From the NCBI RefSeq assembly GCF_006345805.1, contig NW_021832829.1, forward strand, positions 62,001 to 126,000: DNA of 64,000 nt. Reading direction: 5' to 3'. The notes beneath the pieces are model-generated. The model did not search any database. It was given only the letters and a program-made list of their open reading frames with translations, and was not told the origin of the DNA. This document shows, in pieces, positions 49,020-61,190 of the stretch; positions within the stretch are counted from its first letter, which is position 1; each line of letters begins with the position of its first letter. This DNA is from Octopus sinensis. Lineage: Eukaryota. A program made the position numbers and the translations under genes.

Positions 49020-49715
49020 CAGTGCCTGATAAAAAAATTGGATTTGTAATAAATCGACTTTTTTTTAAATAAATTATAATTTAATTTTCTTACATCATTC
49101 TTGGTAAAACTAGAATTATTTTGTAAATTTTTAAAATTATTTTTGGCTTTTAGAATTTAATTTTAAAGCAGAATTTAAAATTTGCCGGATAAAAAAATTG
49201 GATTTTTTTATTTTAATGAAACAAATTAAAATTTAATAAGTTGATATCCCTCCACGTGCTTCATAAACTTCCAAACCTCTTTTTTTCATTGACATAACTA
49301 AATTTTCTAGGTATTTTTTCGGTATTGACTCCCATATCACAACTAATTTTGTCTTCAAATCTTTCAAGTTTTTCGGCGGTTTTTGCAATAATTTTCTCTT
49401 CATCATTGCCCAAACATGCTAAATTGGATTAAGGTCAGGTGATTGAGACTGCCAATCAAGAATTTTATATTTTCTATCGTATATAAATTCTTTGACTATT
49501 CGAGAACTGTGGCATGGAGCATTATCTTGTTGAAAAATAAATGAGTTTAACCCCATTTTTAGAGCTGATTGCTTCAGATTATTCGACAAAATGTTTAAAT
49601 AATAAGCACTGTTCATTTTTATAATTTTACCAATAATGATGTAAGAAAATTAAATTATAATTTATTTTAAAAAAAGTCGATTTATTACAAATCCAATTTT
49701 TTTGGTCAGGCACTG
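49020..49715 (-). mobile_element. Internally deleted Tc1/mariner element
   Basis: About 85-bp TIRs starting CAGTGCCTGA; TA TSD at 49018-49019 and 49716-49717; FQQDNAPCH..WQSQSPDLNPI. Confidence 0.9.
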
Positions 49716-49922
49716 TACATATAAAAATCAAACGCAAGAAACAAATTTAAGGATTGAGAATTACGATAAAAATAATCATGACAGTTAAAATTGTAGATCC
49801 GATAGAACAATCAGAGTTTAGAAAAATAGTTAAAAATCCGAATCTAAAATCAAACATGAGATTACGACCCAGACATTAAAGAACTCACTAAAAATTGTAA
49901 ATATAGATATTTGACGCAAATG

Positions 49923-49994
49923 TCCCCGATAGTATAATGGTTAGTATGCCGCGTTGTCATCGCGGTGGCCCGGGTTCGATTCCCGGTCGGGGAG
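49923..49994 (+). tRNA. tRNA-Asp (GTC)
   Basis: Acceptor stem TCCCCGA/TCGGGGA; anticodon arm CCGCG-TTGTCAT-CGCGG; T-loop GGTTCGATTCC; followed by a T run (Pol III terminator). Confidence 0.96.
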
Positions 49995-50155
49995 ATTTTT
50001 TATCTGACTAAGAAAATTTAAAAGAAATTATTTATCTTCTTTTTATGAATATGAAGAGATTCATTTAATGAAATGTGTGCAGTCAGACGGGTCGACTACT
50101 TTTACAGAGGATGATTATCAAATTTTTACCAAAGCAATGATTATTCGTTTTACTT

Positions 50156-50535
50156 TTTTTTTAATTACAATTTTTAATTGAAAACAAATATAAAAAGAAA
50201 CTAATTAGCTAATAAAGCCATCTATCCGAAGTGGACCCCGCCAACATAATTGACGTTGCGTTGCCTCTCACGATAGCAACGGAGATCAACAGGAGAAGCC
50301 ACCGGGTCTCACGTGTGTCGTGGCTTTTTAATGTGGCTAAGCGTCCAAGCTTCTTTAGGAAGCGAAGCGATTTCCCACTTATTCCTCCAGTTGTCTCGAC
50401 CACAATCGGACAGAACACGAATCGATCTCGCAGCGCTTCATATTTTCTCTCCTTTGCCCTCATCGTTTTTTCCGCGGCATACAGTCTGTCCACTGCGCTT
50501 CCGGCAATGTTGGACGGGCAGAGGGTGAATATTTG
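50156..50535 (-). mobile_element. CRE-like 3' fragment (copy c1)
   Basis: poly(T) at the left end; FCPIVVETTGGI..ISVAIVRGNA. Confidence 0.85.
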
Positions 50536-51838
50536 GTTTATTCCTACAATATAACGATGCACTCGTTTTCCAATGTGCGTGCATTGTAATAAATGCAATT
50601 ATGCCATAGAGCAGGGGTCGGCAAAGCGGGCTTGCGAGCTTTTGATGGCTCTTTGAGTCTTAAGTAGGCTCTTCAATTTTATTGTTTTTATAACTATTTA
50701 TTTGTTTTCATATATGATTTGTGTAAAAATATTTAAAAGTTTACATATTTACTCCTAAATTTTGCTTATACGATATAGCATGTATTTCAAACTTTGGTTA
50801 AAATTGGCTTTTCCATTTTTAATTTTTTTGTTAATTTTTTCTTTATTAATAAACTAGCTCGGCAGCTCGCTTCGCTCACCGCGACCTAGCTCCTGCGGAG
50901 GGCCTGTTTCATCAAACAACTATAAGTTTATGTAGATGTATAAAACTACCTGGTTAAATGTAACCCTATTCTATCGCCTGTTAATAAACGATGTTTGTCG
51001 TCCGTACTTCCTTGGCATATATGAATAAATTTTCTCTTCTGCCTACCCTCGAGCATCCCACATACAGCTGTCCATGTGAAAAGCACTCACTCTCTAAAAA
51101 TAACCCAACTACCTTTAATGACTGTCCCTGGGCCTTGTTTATTGTCATTGCACACTTTTTTTCATTTTTTGTGGTTTATTTTTTTTATATTTAATTTTTT
51201 CATTTTTCCTTTGTAATTTCCTTTTTTTTCTTTTTTTGTTTTTTACTGGCGGAAATGGGGCAGGGGGAGATGCGGCAGGCGGAAATGCGGCAGGCAAGAA
51301 AGCGACACACAAAAAAGCGACACACAAAAAAGATTTAATTAATTACCTTATTAAGCTGACCGTTTTTTCTTCAGCTTCGTTTTTCCTCCTTCGGTTATCT
51401 ATTTAAAAAATTATTTTTGAATAATAAAAAAGTTTAGGAAAAGAGGCATACCGAAAATAAATTCTATCTTTACGAAAAACTCAAGTAAATAGTTAATATT
51501 TTACGCAAATTCTTCTGATTGCGCTGTCAATTGGTGGTAAATTGTGTTAATGGTTGTGCTAATGTGGTTTCAACTATCAAAGTGTTTTTTCAAAATCTGT
51601 TAATTGCACACTCTATTCAAAGTCGTGCAATCTGTGATTGCACATTCTGTCAAAGTCAAATATGATAATAGCTTTATTTTGATTCATGGTCGATAATGAT
51701 ATATGCATTTAATTTTAAAGAGAAAAACATAGGATGAATTGAATTTCTTTATCGCGAATAATTGGGAGTTCATCATTGTTAATATTCTCGCTGTCGTTTT
51801 CATCAAGGATATTCTTAATACGTGAGATTTTTGCCTTG

Positions 51839-52540
51839 AAGGTTTTAATGGACCTCATCATGAATGTCGAGGACATTCGCGTTGTTCATTTTAATCAAAA
51901 TGCAGAAAATAATTTTTTTATTTTTTGGGGGAAAGGTTTTAAGGACTTCATCATGTAAGTCGAGGACATTGTAGTTGTTCATTTTAACCAAAATGCAGAA
52001 AATTTTTTTTTAATTTTTTTGGGGGGGGAGGTTTTAAGGACTTCATCATGTAAGTTGAGGACATTGTAGTTGTTTATTTTAACCAAAATGCAGAAAATTT
52101 TTTTTTAATTTTTTTTGGGGGAAGGTTTTAAGGACTTCATCATGTAAGTCGAGGACATTGTAGTTGTTCATTTTAACCAAAATTCAGAAAATTTTTTTTT
52201 AATTTTTTTGGGGGGGAAGGTTTTAAGGACTTCATCATGTAAGTCGAGGACATTGTAGTTGTTCATTTTAACCAAAATGCAGAAAATTTTTTTTTAATTT
52301 TTTTGGGGGGGAAGGTTTTAAGGACTTCATCATGTAAGTCGAGGACATTGTAGTTGTTCATTTTAACCAAAATGCAGAAAATTTTTTTTTAATTTTTTTG
52401 GGGGGGAAGGTTTTAAGGACTTCATCATGTAAGTCGAGGACATTGTAGTTGTTCATTTTAACCAAAATGCAGAAAATTTTTTTTTAATTTTTTTGGGGGG
52501 GAAGGTTTTAAGGACCTCATCATGTAAGTCGAGGACATCG
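51839..52540. repeat. About 95-bp minisatellite, 7-8 copies
   Basis: GAGGACAT recurs at about 51869, 51962, 52057, 52151, 52246, 52341, 52436 and 52531; units differ mainly in homopolymer length. Confidence 0.93.
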
Positions 52541-52569
52541 TATTGCCAATTTGAAGTTGGTGTGCACAC

Positions 52570-52596
52570 ACAGACAGACAGACAGACAGACAGACA
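52570..52596 (+). repeat. (CAGA)n microsatellite
   Basis: Seen directly. Confidence 0.9.
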
Positions 52597-52807
52597 CACA
52601 CCATACCATTTTATTATTAAGATATTCTGTTAATAAAAAAATCTTTACATGTTTAACATGAATTTTTGATGGTACATTATATGTACCTAGAAATAAAACA
52701 AAAAAATCTATAATTACCGACATTTTCAATCAATATGGATTGTATCTTGGTTCACATCTAATTTAGAACAACTACCGAAATGCCTTATTTTCCAGGAAAC
52801 TTTAAAT

Positions 52808-53777
52808 CAGGCCTGGCCAACCCAAATCGCATCGCGGGCCACTTTGTCCAAATGAATCCTTTCCGCGGGCCGCATATACATGTACACTAAGGATAGATAT
52901 CAAAACAACACAGATAAGATTTTATTTAGTAAATAGCATTCAGTCCAATTATACGTATCAATGAGAAATCTGTTTTTCTTTATCTTCACTTAATTTTTTC
53001 AAATCAACTTCACAATTATTAGTTGCACATCTTAATTGGTTTTCTAAGTTTTATCTGTTAAAGAAGATCTATATCTACTTTTACTAAACTTTAATTTCGA
53101 AAAGAATGATTCACATACGTAGTAGATCCAAAGGAGCTTACAACTCTTTGTGCAAAAATTCTTAAGTTGGGATATTTTTTCTGCATTCACATATTTGTTA
53201 TAAAAGTCAATTTTGGATATAGTAGGATAAACAGTCTTAGTTCACTGTTGCACTGTAGGTCAATTATTTCCGTCTGCAAAGTATTTGAAACAATAGAAAC
53301 GTCAACATGAAATGGAGAAGAAAATGTTTCAAACATTTTCTCATATTTTTTTAGTTCCGAGAATCGACTGTCAATGCTGCAGCAAGATTTTTTATTTCAT
53401 CAGCGTACTTGAAGAAATTTTTACAATGGCTGATTTTAAATTGATTTAGCGTTGGAAATGTTGATCATTTCCATTTCTTATTTGACATTCAAACAATGAC
53501 AATTTCATTCGAAATGCTTTGACTTGATGGCATGCATTAGTAATCAAATTATCCTGTCCTTGTAACTCCTTGTTTAATTGATTAATTTTTTCGGTTATAT
53601 CTACCAAAAAGCACAGATCTAGCATCCATTCTTCATCATTTAATTCAGTTAATGTCATTTTCTTATGCATCATAAAACTTTTGATTTCTTCTCTCAAGTC
53701 GAAAAAACGTTTTAAACATTTTCCGCGACTCAGCCATCTGACATTGGAAAAATCTGGCCTTGGGTTGGCCAGCCCTG
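52808..53777 (-). mobile_element. Internally deleted hAT (SPIN/GTF2IRD2-like)
   Basis: Ends CAGGCCTGGCCAACCCAA / TGGGTTGGCCAGCCCTG; TSD CTTTAAAT at 52800-52807 and 53778-53785; VRWLSRGKCLKRFFDLR. Confidence 0.88.
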
Positions 53778-53785
53778 CTTTAAAT

Positions 53786-54045
53786 GAACAAAACAATTGT
53801 CAGTTAACTAAATTAATCCAGCCGAACGGATTGCTTGCGCGTTCCCACGCACGATTGCGAGTGAGATCCTCTGCCTCAACCAAGAGGACTCGCGAGCATC
53901 CATCTTCTTCCGAGCGATGAGGATACCGAGGTCTTTTAAGAAGCATGAGGTCTGCGGACCGGAAGCGCCTGATGTCTCAAGAGCCACAGGCACGAAGGAA
54001 TGCCGAGTGGCAAGATTCTTGTATTTTTCCACTTTGCGAAAAATT
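53786..54045 (-). mobile_element. CRE-like 3' fragment
   Basis: FVPVALETSG..WLRQRISLAIVRGNA. Confidence 0.8.
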
Positions 54046-54049
54046 TTAC

Positions 54050-54860
54050 TTGTTGTAATCAATCTCCTGCACATAAGGTGAATTTTATGAAATTTACATT
54101 GAACTAAAACAAATTGAGATGTTATTTCTACCACCTAATACAACATCTTTTTTACAGCCCATGGATCAGGGTATAATTAAATCGTATAAATGTAACTTCC
54201 ATTCTCTAAAATTTTTTAATATAATTAAAAAAATTGAAGCTGGGACAAACCCCTATGTTTCACACAAACAACTAAGCATAAAAGATTCAATATTATTCAC
54301 ATATTAATTATGCTTGGAACAAAATAGAAAGTTCCTTAATTTTAAATTGTTTCACTCATGCAAAATGGACTCAAAACAATGAAAATATTAATTGTGAAAA
54401 ATCTTTTAATTGAAACTTATGACCATATTCTGGAAAAAATGGATATTATTGATCCATTAGAAGAGAGTCTTTATATTAAGATTGAATATAACGAAAGTGA
54501 AGAACTTGAATTAAATAATTCAGAAAAAATAGAACAAGAAATTAGCGAAGAACAGTGTGAACAAAGTCAGAAAGTTGTTACTATTAACGAGGCTTTTATC
54601 GCTTTAAACAAATTAAAAGAGTTCTATAATCAAGAATAATTCTTTAATATAGAAAATCTTGAGTATATTGAAAACATTGGATCTTCAATGAGCCAAACTC
54701 GAAAAAGAAAAATTCGAAACTGACTCATTATTTTGGTTTTAATTAATTTTTTTGGCTTAATAATTTAAATTTTTAATGGATTAAAAAATCCATAAGTCTT
54801 TCAAATCCGCCAGATTTTTCCGATCCTCGAAATTTGCGGATTCGAAAGACTTTAGTGTAC
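54050..54860 (+). mobile_element. pogo/Tigger DDE_1 transposase remnant
   Basis: MLFLPPNTTSFLQPMDQGII; Tigger-like terminal sequence near 54800-54860. Confidence 0.75.
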
Positions 54861-54965
54861 CTTTATCTGCAAAAATAGTAGCCTACAGGACTTTTAAGAT
54901 GTCTTCGAATGTGTCTGTTCAACAAGTTTTCTGACATGAAATTGGCTAATTCATTTGCAGTAGAT

Positions 54966-56640
54966 CAGGGGTGTCAAACTCATTTCGCTTTGAGGGCCGC
55001 ATTTATAATAATTTCTCATTAAGGGAAGATTAGTTCTGATATTTATTATGATGAATAACCAAAATAAGAGAAACTAAATTATTCAATTATCGCCCTTTAA
55101 TTTTGGTGAGAGCTGCTTCCAGAGGATTGACACCATTTAAAATTAAATAATATTCATTTTAAATATTTAAATCACTCTGATGACATTAATTATTATGTAA
55201 TTACGTTTTTATAAATTTTAAAAATCTTTGAAAATACATAATTTTAGTTAATTATTTGAAATTTTGTAACAGCAAAAAGTAATATTTTTTGATTTTTAAA
55301 AATTTCTGTTGATTTCTGTTGATTCCTGTTGTGTACATGATAAATAAATAATAACTTATAGAAATTAAACTGACTACAAATAAAATAGCACAAATGATTT
55401 CATTAAAAAATGCCGGTTTCAAGCAAAAACATATTGCATCTATTCTGCACGTTAGCCAATCAACAATTTCGAAACAAATAAAAAAATGTCTTTAAGCAAT
55501 ACAAAGGTACCCAGAAAAGGCAGTGGTGGTCATAATATTTATTCTGAAGAAATTTCAAACATGATTTCTTATGAAATTGAACAAAACTCCAAATTGTCAC
55601 TTAGGAAAATTTCTATTAAATTGAAAAATGAGAGAAACTTATCAATTAGTCATATGACAATTAAAAGAATGTTGAACAAGAAAAAAATATATGCACACAA
55701 ACCAATAAAAAAACCATTGCTAACACCACGAATAATTAAATTACGTTATGAAGCAGCATGCAAATGGATTCAATATGATGAAAAAAAACTTAAGAGCATT
55801 ATTTTTTCAGATGAATGTAAATTCAACCTTTTCTACACCAATGGAAAGCCTTTTGTTTGGCGAAAACGCAATAAAAAGATAGAACCCAAAAATATTTTAC
55901 CTACTGTAAAACATGGTGGTGGCAGTTTGATGGTTTGGGCTTGTTTCTCATATTATGGCGTCGGCAAATTAGTTTTTATTGACGGTATAATGGACAAATA
56001 CAAATATATTGAAATTTTATCAAGGAATTTGTTTTCTTATGCGGAAAAAATGCAGCTTGATGAATTTGTGTTCCAACAGGATAACGATCCTAAACACACA
56101 GCAAAGCTTACTAAACAATTTTTGAATGAACAAAATGTTGAATTGTTGCAATGGCCCCCCAATCTCCTGATTGTAACCCAATCGAAAACTTATGGGGAAT
56201 AATTAAAGAGAAAATAGCAGAAAGAGCGCCTCAGAATTTAAAGATCTAAAGGCCGAAATTTAAACGTTTGGAATGGATTTGATGAAGAAATATGCAAAAA
56301 ATTGTCGTTAGTTTTAGAAAAAGAACATTGGACCTTTGTCGTGCCAAGGGAAAATATATTAACTATTAATTCAATGGTTTTTATTGTTGGGTTTTGATAT
56401 ATTACTTTTTGCTGTTACAAAATTTCAAATAATTAACTAAAATTATGTATTTTCAAAGATTTTTAAAATTTATAAAAACGTAATTACATAATAATTAATG
56501 TCATCAGAGTGATTTAAATATTTAAAATGAATATTATTTAATTTTAAATGGTGTTTTAAGAATATTCCTTTTTGCTGTTACAGACTGTATGTCTTTCGAG
56601 GGCCACATGCGGCCCGCGGGCCGCATGTTTGACACCCCTG
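54966..56640. mobile_element. hAT MITE carrying a nested Tc1
   Basis: Ends CAGGGGTGTCAAAC / GTTTGACACCCCTG; TSD CAGTAGAT at 54958-54965 and 56641-56648. Confidence 0.9.
55130..56587 (+). mobile_element. Tc1 DD34E element of IR-DR type, frameshifted
   Basis: About 155 bp of perfect inverted repeat; right end CAGACTG followed by TA; FSDECKF, HGGGSLMVW, FQQDNDPKHT. Confidence 0.9.
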
Positions 56641-58975
56641 CAGTAGATGATTCATGTGATATAAATGACATTGTTAATGTCATACTTAGGTGTTTTTGTT
56701 TGTTCGTTATGTGTCTCGAGGTTTCCTGAGGCAATAAGTTTTGGCATTATTGGCTCTAAAGTGTCGAATTCGTGGTGAATATCTTGTTGGCGCAGTCGTA
56801 AAATATTTTGAAACGAATTTTATTTCTCTTAATAAAATCGTTGCTGCACGCATACTGGGATCGAGAAAGGGATTTATAACGCTAATTAAAAAGAGAATTG
56901 ACCACGAAGTGATTACTCTACATTGTATTATCCACCAAGAAGCACTATCTGCGCAAACGTTTGACATTTTCAAAATGAACGTTTAAATATTAAAATGTTT
57001 AAGGATTTTAGAAAATAAAAGGTAACTCTATCATTCGTTATAAACCCTCTATGTGCTAAGTCAGCACTTTAAATTTATTGCCACTTGAAATTAAAGCAGT
57101 TGAGTTCGAAATGCAGCTAATGGACTTGACATGTAAGGAATTATAAGTATCAAAGTTAATTCGCCTTTCAGAAGAACTTGAAACCTTGGAACATAAAATG
57201 ATTCGGTAAAATTAAAAGTGATATTGATTTTATACTAAAGAAAATTGAAGATTTGATTTTCAAAAAGTGGAATTTTCTTTCAGATTCTTTTTATAAATGT
57301 CTGCTAATTAAATATCTGAATTGTAAAAAATATCTTCAAGAATATTACAAGTTCTAATTAAAAAAATTGACAATATTTGGGTCCACTTATATGTGTTAAC
57401 AAAGTTTTTCGTACATGAATTATATAATTAATTTTATTTTTTAATGAATTCTTAATTATTTTTTAAATGAATGTCTATTTATTTTTATGAGTTTTGAATT
57501 TTTGATTTGGACAAGTGTAGAAGTAGCCTCTTCAATTTTTCGAAATTTCCAAAAATGTTCAAAATTGGCACTTTACCAAAAGTATTTACCGACCCTGCCA
57601 TAGGGGATAAAGTTGTAAATTAATTTTTAATTTATTAAAGTTGGGATTGTAAAGGATTACTGGACGAATCTAGCTTTATGTTGAATAAATTTGAATCCAA
57701 GTATTCGGTACTTGCAAAGTTGTCAAAATTTTGTCAAATTTTTATAATTTATACTTTCAATGTTTTAAATTCATTTTTGGTGTGTGAAGCATTGAATATT
57801 TAGGAACTATTAATGTTCGATGCATAATGTTTGAATAATATTGCATCTTTTAAGTTTAATTTTTTGTATGCAATATACTGACTTATCCCAGCTTCAATGT
57901 TCTAAATAATATTTAAAAATTTAAGAGAATTAAAATTGCATTTTTAAGATTTAATTTTTCCCCTGATCCAGTGGTTGCAAAAACGACGTTGTATTCCGTG
58001 GTAGAAATATTATTTAAATTTGGTTTAATTCAATCAAAACCTAATGTAAATGTTATAAAATTCACCTTGTATGCAAGGCATTTATCTACAACAAGAAAAA
58101 TTAGAGAAATGGTGGATTCGAGTTCGAAAATTCAATCAAGAATTTGCAAAACTCTAGAAGGATCAAACGAACAACTAAATATTGCCGCTTTTAGGAGATC
58201 TTGCGAAAAAATAGGGAGATTAAATACCAAATGACACCCCGCCGCATCTCTACAGATACTGTGAAGAACGTCGGAAGCTGGAATCACCTGATTAGTTATT
58301 TGTGTGTTTTAGACGGTGGTCTTTGTTAAATAATAATAATTTTAATAAAAATTAATTCTAATTAGAAATTTTATAACAATGCAATCCAAAATACCAGAAA
58401 TATTTTAACCAAAAATAACAAAATACTTTTAAAATGGAAAACCGTTAAAACAAGAATTATTAGTAAGAATAAGAGCCATTAATAGAAATAAGAGCAATTA
58501 TTTTTAACCGATTTAAAATATAATACAGAGTCCCCTGAACCTCATCGACTGTTCTTCTACAGCTCCCTCAATTTGGGAAATCGGTGAATTTTCAGAAGGA
58601 CAATCGGCTTCACCAACGATTGCATTGACAGAGTGCAAATTTGTTGGCATATTTCCAGCACCTGTAGGGTCGCAAACAGCTTTTCTAGTGGGTCCGCCCA
58701 ACCCCAGATCCAATTGTCTCTCTCTTGCATTTAAATCTTCATCAGGAGAGCCCTAGGATTTACTTCTCTTAATGCGACAGAAGCAGACATGCACAATACG
58801 ACGACAAAAATCGGTCAGGAAATATATAAATGCAAATAATAACGAAGGACGAAATTGATTTTTTTAGAAAATTGAAACAATTCAATAGAATTTTTTTGGT
58901 ATATGATATTTAATTTTTTTTTTGGTATATGATAAATTAATAAATCAGTTAAAAAGGAACTAATTAGCTAATAAA

Positions 58976-60691
58976 TAGAAACCAAGATAAAATCTACTAT
59001 TGCAAAAATGGCCAAGACTGAGGTCGAAAGTAAATGGAGGTCTGAATGCAGAAAACTGGATAAACGAACCCTAATTTCTGGAAAGCATATCAACGCCTTA
59101 CCAGAAATGATGCCAAAGGATTTGAATTTCACTAAAAGAACCAGACGGGGAATATATCTCCTCTTATCGTATCCGGAAGTACTCAGGAACCAACTTAGTC
59201 AGGTTCAAGAGGTCGAATCTACCGTTCCACGAGGGACTTATGACCGAATTGTGAAGAAGCTTGGCTCTTCGCAATTATCGGAGGGACCATTATGTGGGGC
59301 GATAAACAGGAAGAGGTTGAAAGGGCAAGTGCTGGGTTGAAGAACAAGGCGCCTGGCTTCGACTACATCCCTCCGAAGTTGTTAAAGAAGGCCCCTGAAA
59401 TCTTGATACGAGCATTGACTATGTTGTTTCACGCCAGCTGGACGTTCGGGCACCTTCCATCGGCGTGGAAGCATACGATTGTTCGAATGATTCCAAAATC
59501 TGGTAAATCGACACTGCTGGCACAGAACTACCGGCCAATTAGCCTCATTTGTGCTTTCTCTAAGACAATGGAAAAGATTGTCTTAACAGACTCTCTGGTC
59601 ATATAGATCACAAAATTTGCTTTTACCCGAACAATGGGGATTTCGTGGAGGAAGATCCACAGGGGACTGCCTCAGGAGTTAGAGCACCAATTATCCCGTG
59701 CTGACAGAAATGAAGCATGGCTAACTGTGGTGTGTCTGGATCTGGCCAAAGCCTTCGATAGCGTGTGGCACCTGGGCCTACTCTCCAGAATCCATGACAT
59801 CGGAGCCGGGATAAAGACCTATCGATGGCTGGAGAGCTTCTTGTCAGGAAGACAATCATTTGTCCGCTGTGGAAACCGCTATCGGGGTGTGTGGAACTTA
59901 GAAGGGGAGTCCCGCAGGGATCTATCTTGAGTCAACTTCTGTTCAACCTCTTCTTGGCGGACATTCCTCTGCCGTGACACGTACTGGCAAGCTCGTTATC
60001 TATGCTGACGATATCCTGGTCATGGATACCTCGAAAAGGATATCGCAGTCTTGGAGACGACTGAAATCATACATTGCAACGCTAAAGATGTGGACTACAA
60101 GAAGGGTTTGACCCTAGCACCGGAGAAGAGCACCATTTCATGGTTGCGGAGAGGAGTCGCTATGCGGAGTCGTGTGCATATGCGATGAGTAGCTATGTGA
60201 TGGATCTCCCGAAAAGCAAAAATCTTTCTTACCTGGGAGCAACCATCAACTGTCGTGGCTCGTACGTAGAGCATATAGCAAATCAGAGAAAGAGGAGTGT
60301 GAGGATCCTCAAAAGCTTAACCAGGTTCCATCTGGATCCGGAAACGTACATCTACGTATACAAAACGTGTGTGCAGCCAGTCCTCACATATGGCTACGAG
60401 GGCTGGTACGGTACGGAGGAGAGTGACTACCTGATCGAACAGTTGGAAAAGACAAGACGTTTCGCTATGAAATTGGCTTACGGAGTACAACTCGACGGAA
60501 GGTTAAAAGACTCACAAGAATCCTCTGTGCCCACGATCCGGATGGTCTTGGAGAATTGTCGTCAAACATGATAGTATTGGGGATACGCATGGAAAGAGAC
60601 ACTTCGGTGCCTTGTTTTTTTATCTCCCCGCCGATGATTTCTTCCTTGTTTTCTTTTTCTTTTCGCTCAATAAACACTATTCTATTCTATT
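58976..60691 (+). mobile_element. 5'-truncated Jockey/I-like LINE, frameshifted, inserted into the CRE c2 3' end
   Basis: 16-bp TSD CTAATTAGCTAATAAA at 58960-58975 and 60692-60707; LDLAKAFDSVWH, YADD; AATAAA followed by a (TATTC)n tail. Confidence 0.9.
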
Positions 60692-60707
60692 CTAATTAGC
60701 TAATAAA

Positions 60708-60995
60708 GCCATCTGTCCGAAGTGGACCCCGCAACATAATTGACGTTGCGTTGCCTCTCACGATAGCAACGGAGATCAACTGGAGAAGCCACCGGGTCTC
60801 ACGTGTGTGGTGGCTTTTTAATGTGGCTAAGCGTCTAAGCTTCTTTAGGAAGCGAAGCGATTTCCCACTTATTCCTCCAGTTGTCTCGACCACAATCGGA
60901 CAGAACACGAATCGATCTCGTAGCGCTTCATATTTTCTCTCCTTTGCCCTCATCGTTTTTTCCGCGGCATACAGTCTGTCCACTGCGCTCCCGGC
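60708..60995 (-). mobile_element. CRE-like 3' fragment (copy c2; its 3' tip lies at about 58950-58975)
   Basis: About 7 differences from c1 over about 295 bp. Confidence 0.88.
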
Positions 60996-61080
60996 ATTCG
61001 TTTTACTTATATTATTTTTTATAAACAAAAACATTAATCAATTTTATAAAGTGAATCAATTTATGATAATTATGTATATT

Positions 61081-61190
61081 TAATTAGCAGCAGAGGATAG
61101 GATGGAATGGCAATTCCCACGCAAGATGGCTATTGATATGCGTTGGAAAAGCCATGTCCGTTCCCGGTGATCATTTTATAAAGTCTCGCA
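61081..61190 (-). mobile_element. Short CRE-like 3' fragment
   Basis: RERTWLFQRISIAILRGNCHSILSS. Confidence 0.7.

Larger units (their letters stand above)
50853..52623. mobile_element. Helentron-associated (HINE/DINE-1/Lep1-like) non-autonomous element
   Basis: Starts ACTAGCTCGGCAGCTCGCTTCGCTCACCGCG; central tandem array; (CAGA)n tract; ends TATTATTAAGAT. This layout matches known HINEs. Confidence 0.6.
50612..57597 (+). mobile_element. Large decayed hAT (GTF2IRD2-like) hosting several nested elements
   Basis: Ends CAGGGGTCGGCAAA / TTTACCGACCCTG; TSD CCATAGAG (50604-50611) / CCATAGGG (57598-57605); transposase pieces FAVD|DSCDI, HCIIHQEAL and FGSTY-like. Confidence 0.75.

Noticed and set aside
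49923-50160. tRNA-targeted insertion of the CRE fragment
   Set aside because: Only one of six CRE fragments is near a tRNA (about 150 bp away), which is not evidence of targeting.
51839-52540. 95-bp array as a possible CRISPR
   Set aside because: There are no unique spacers (whole units repeat), no cas genes, and the context is eukaryotic.
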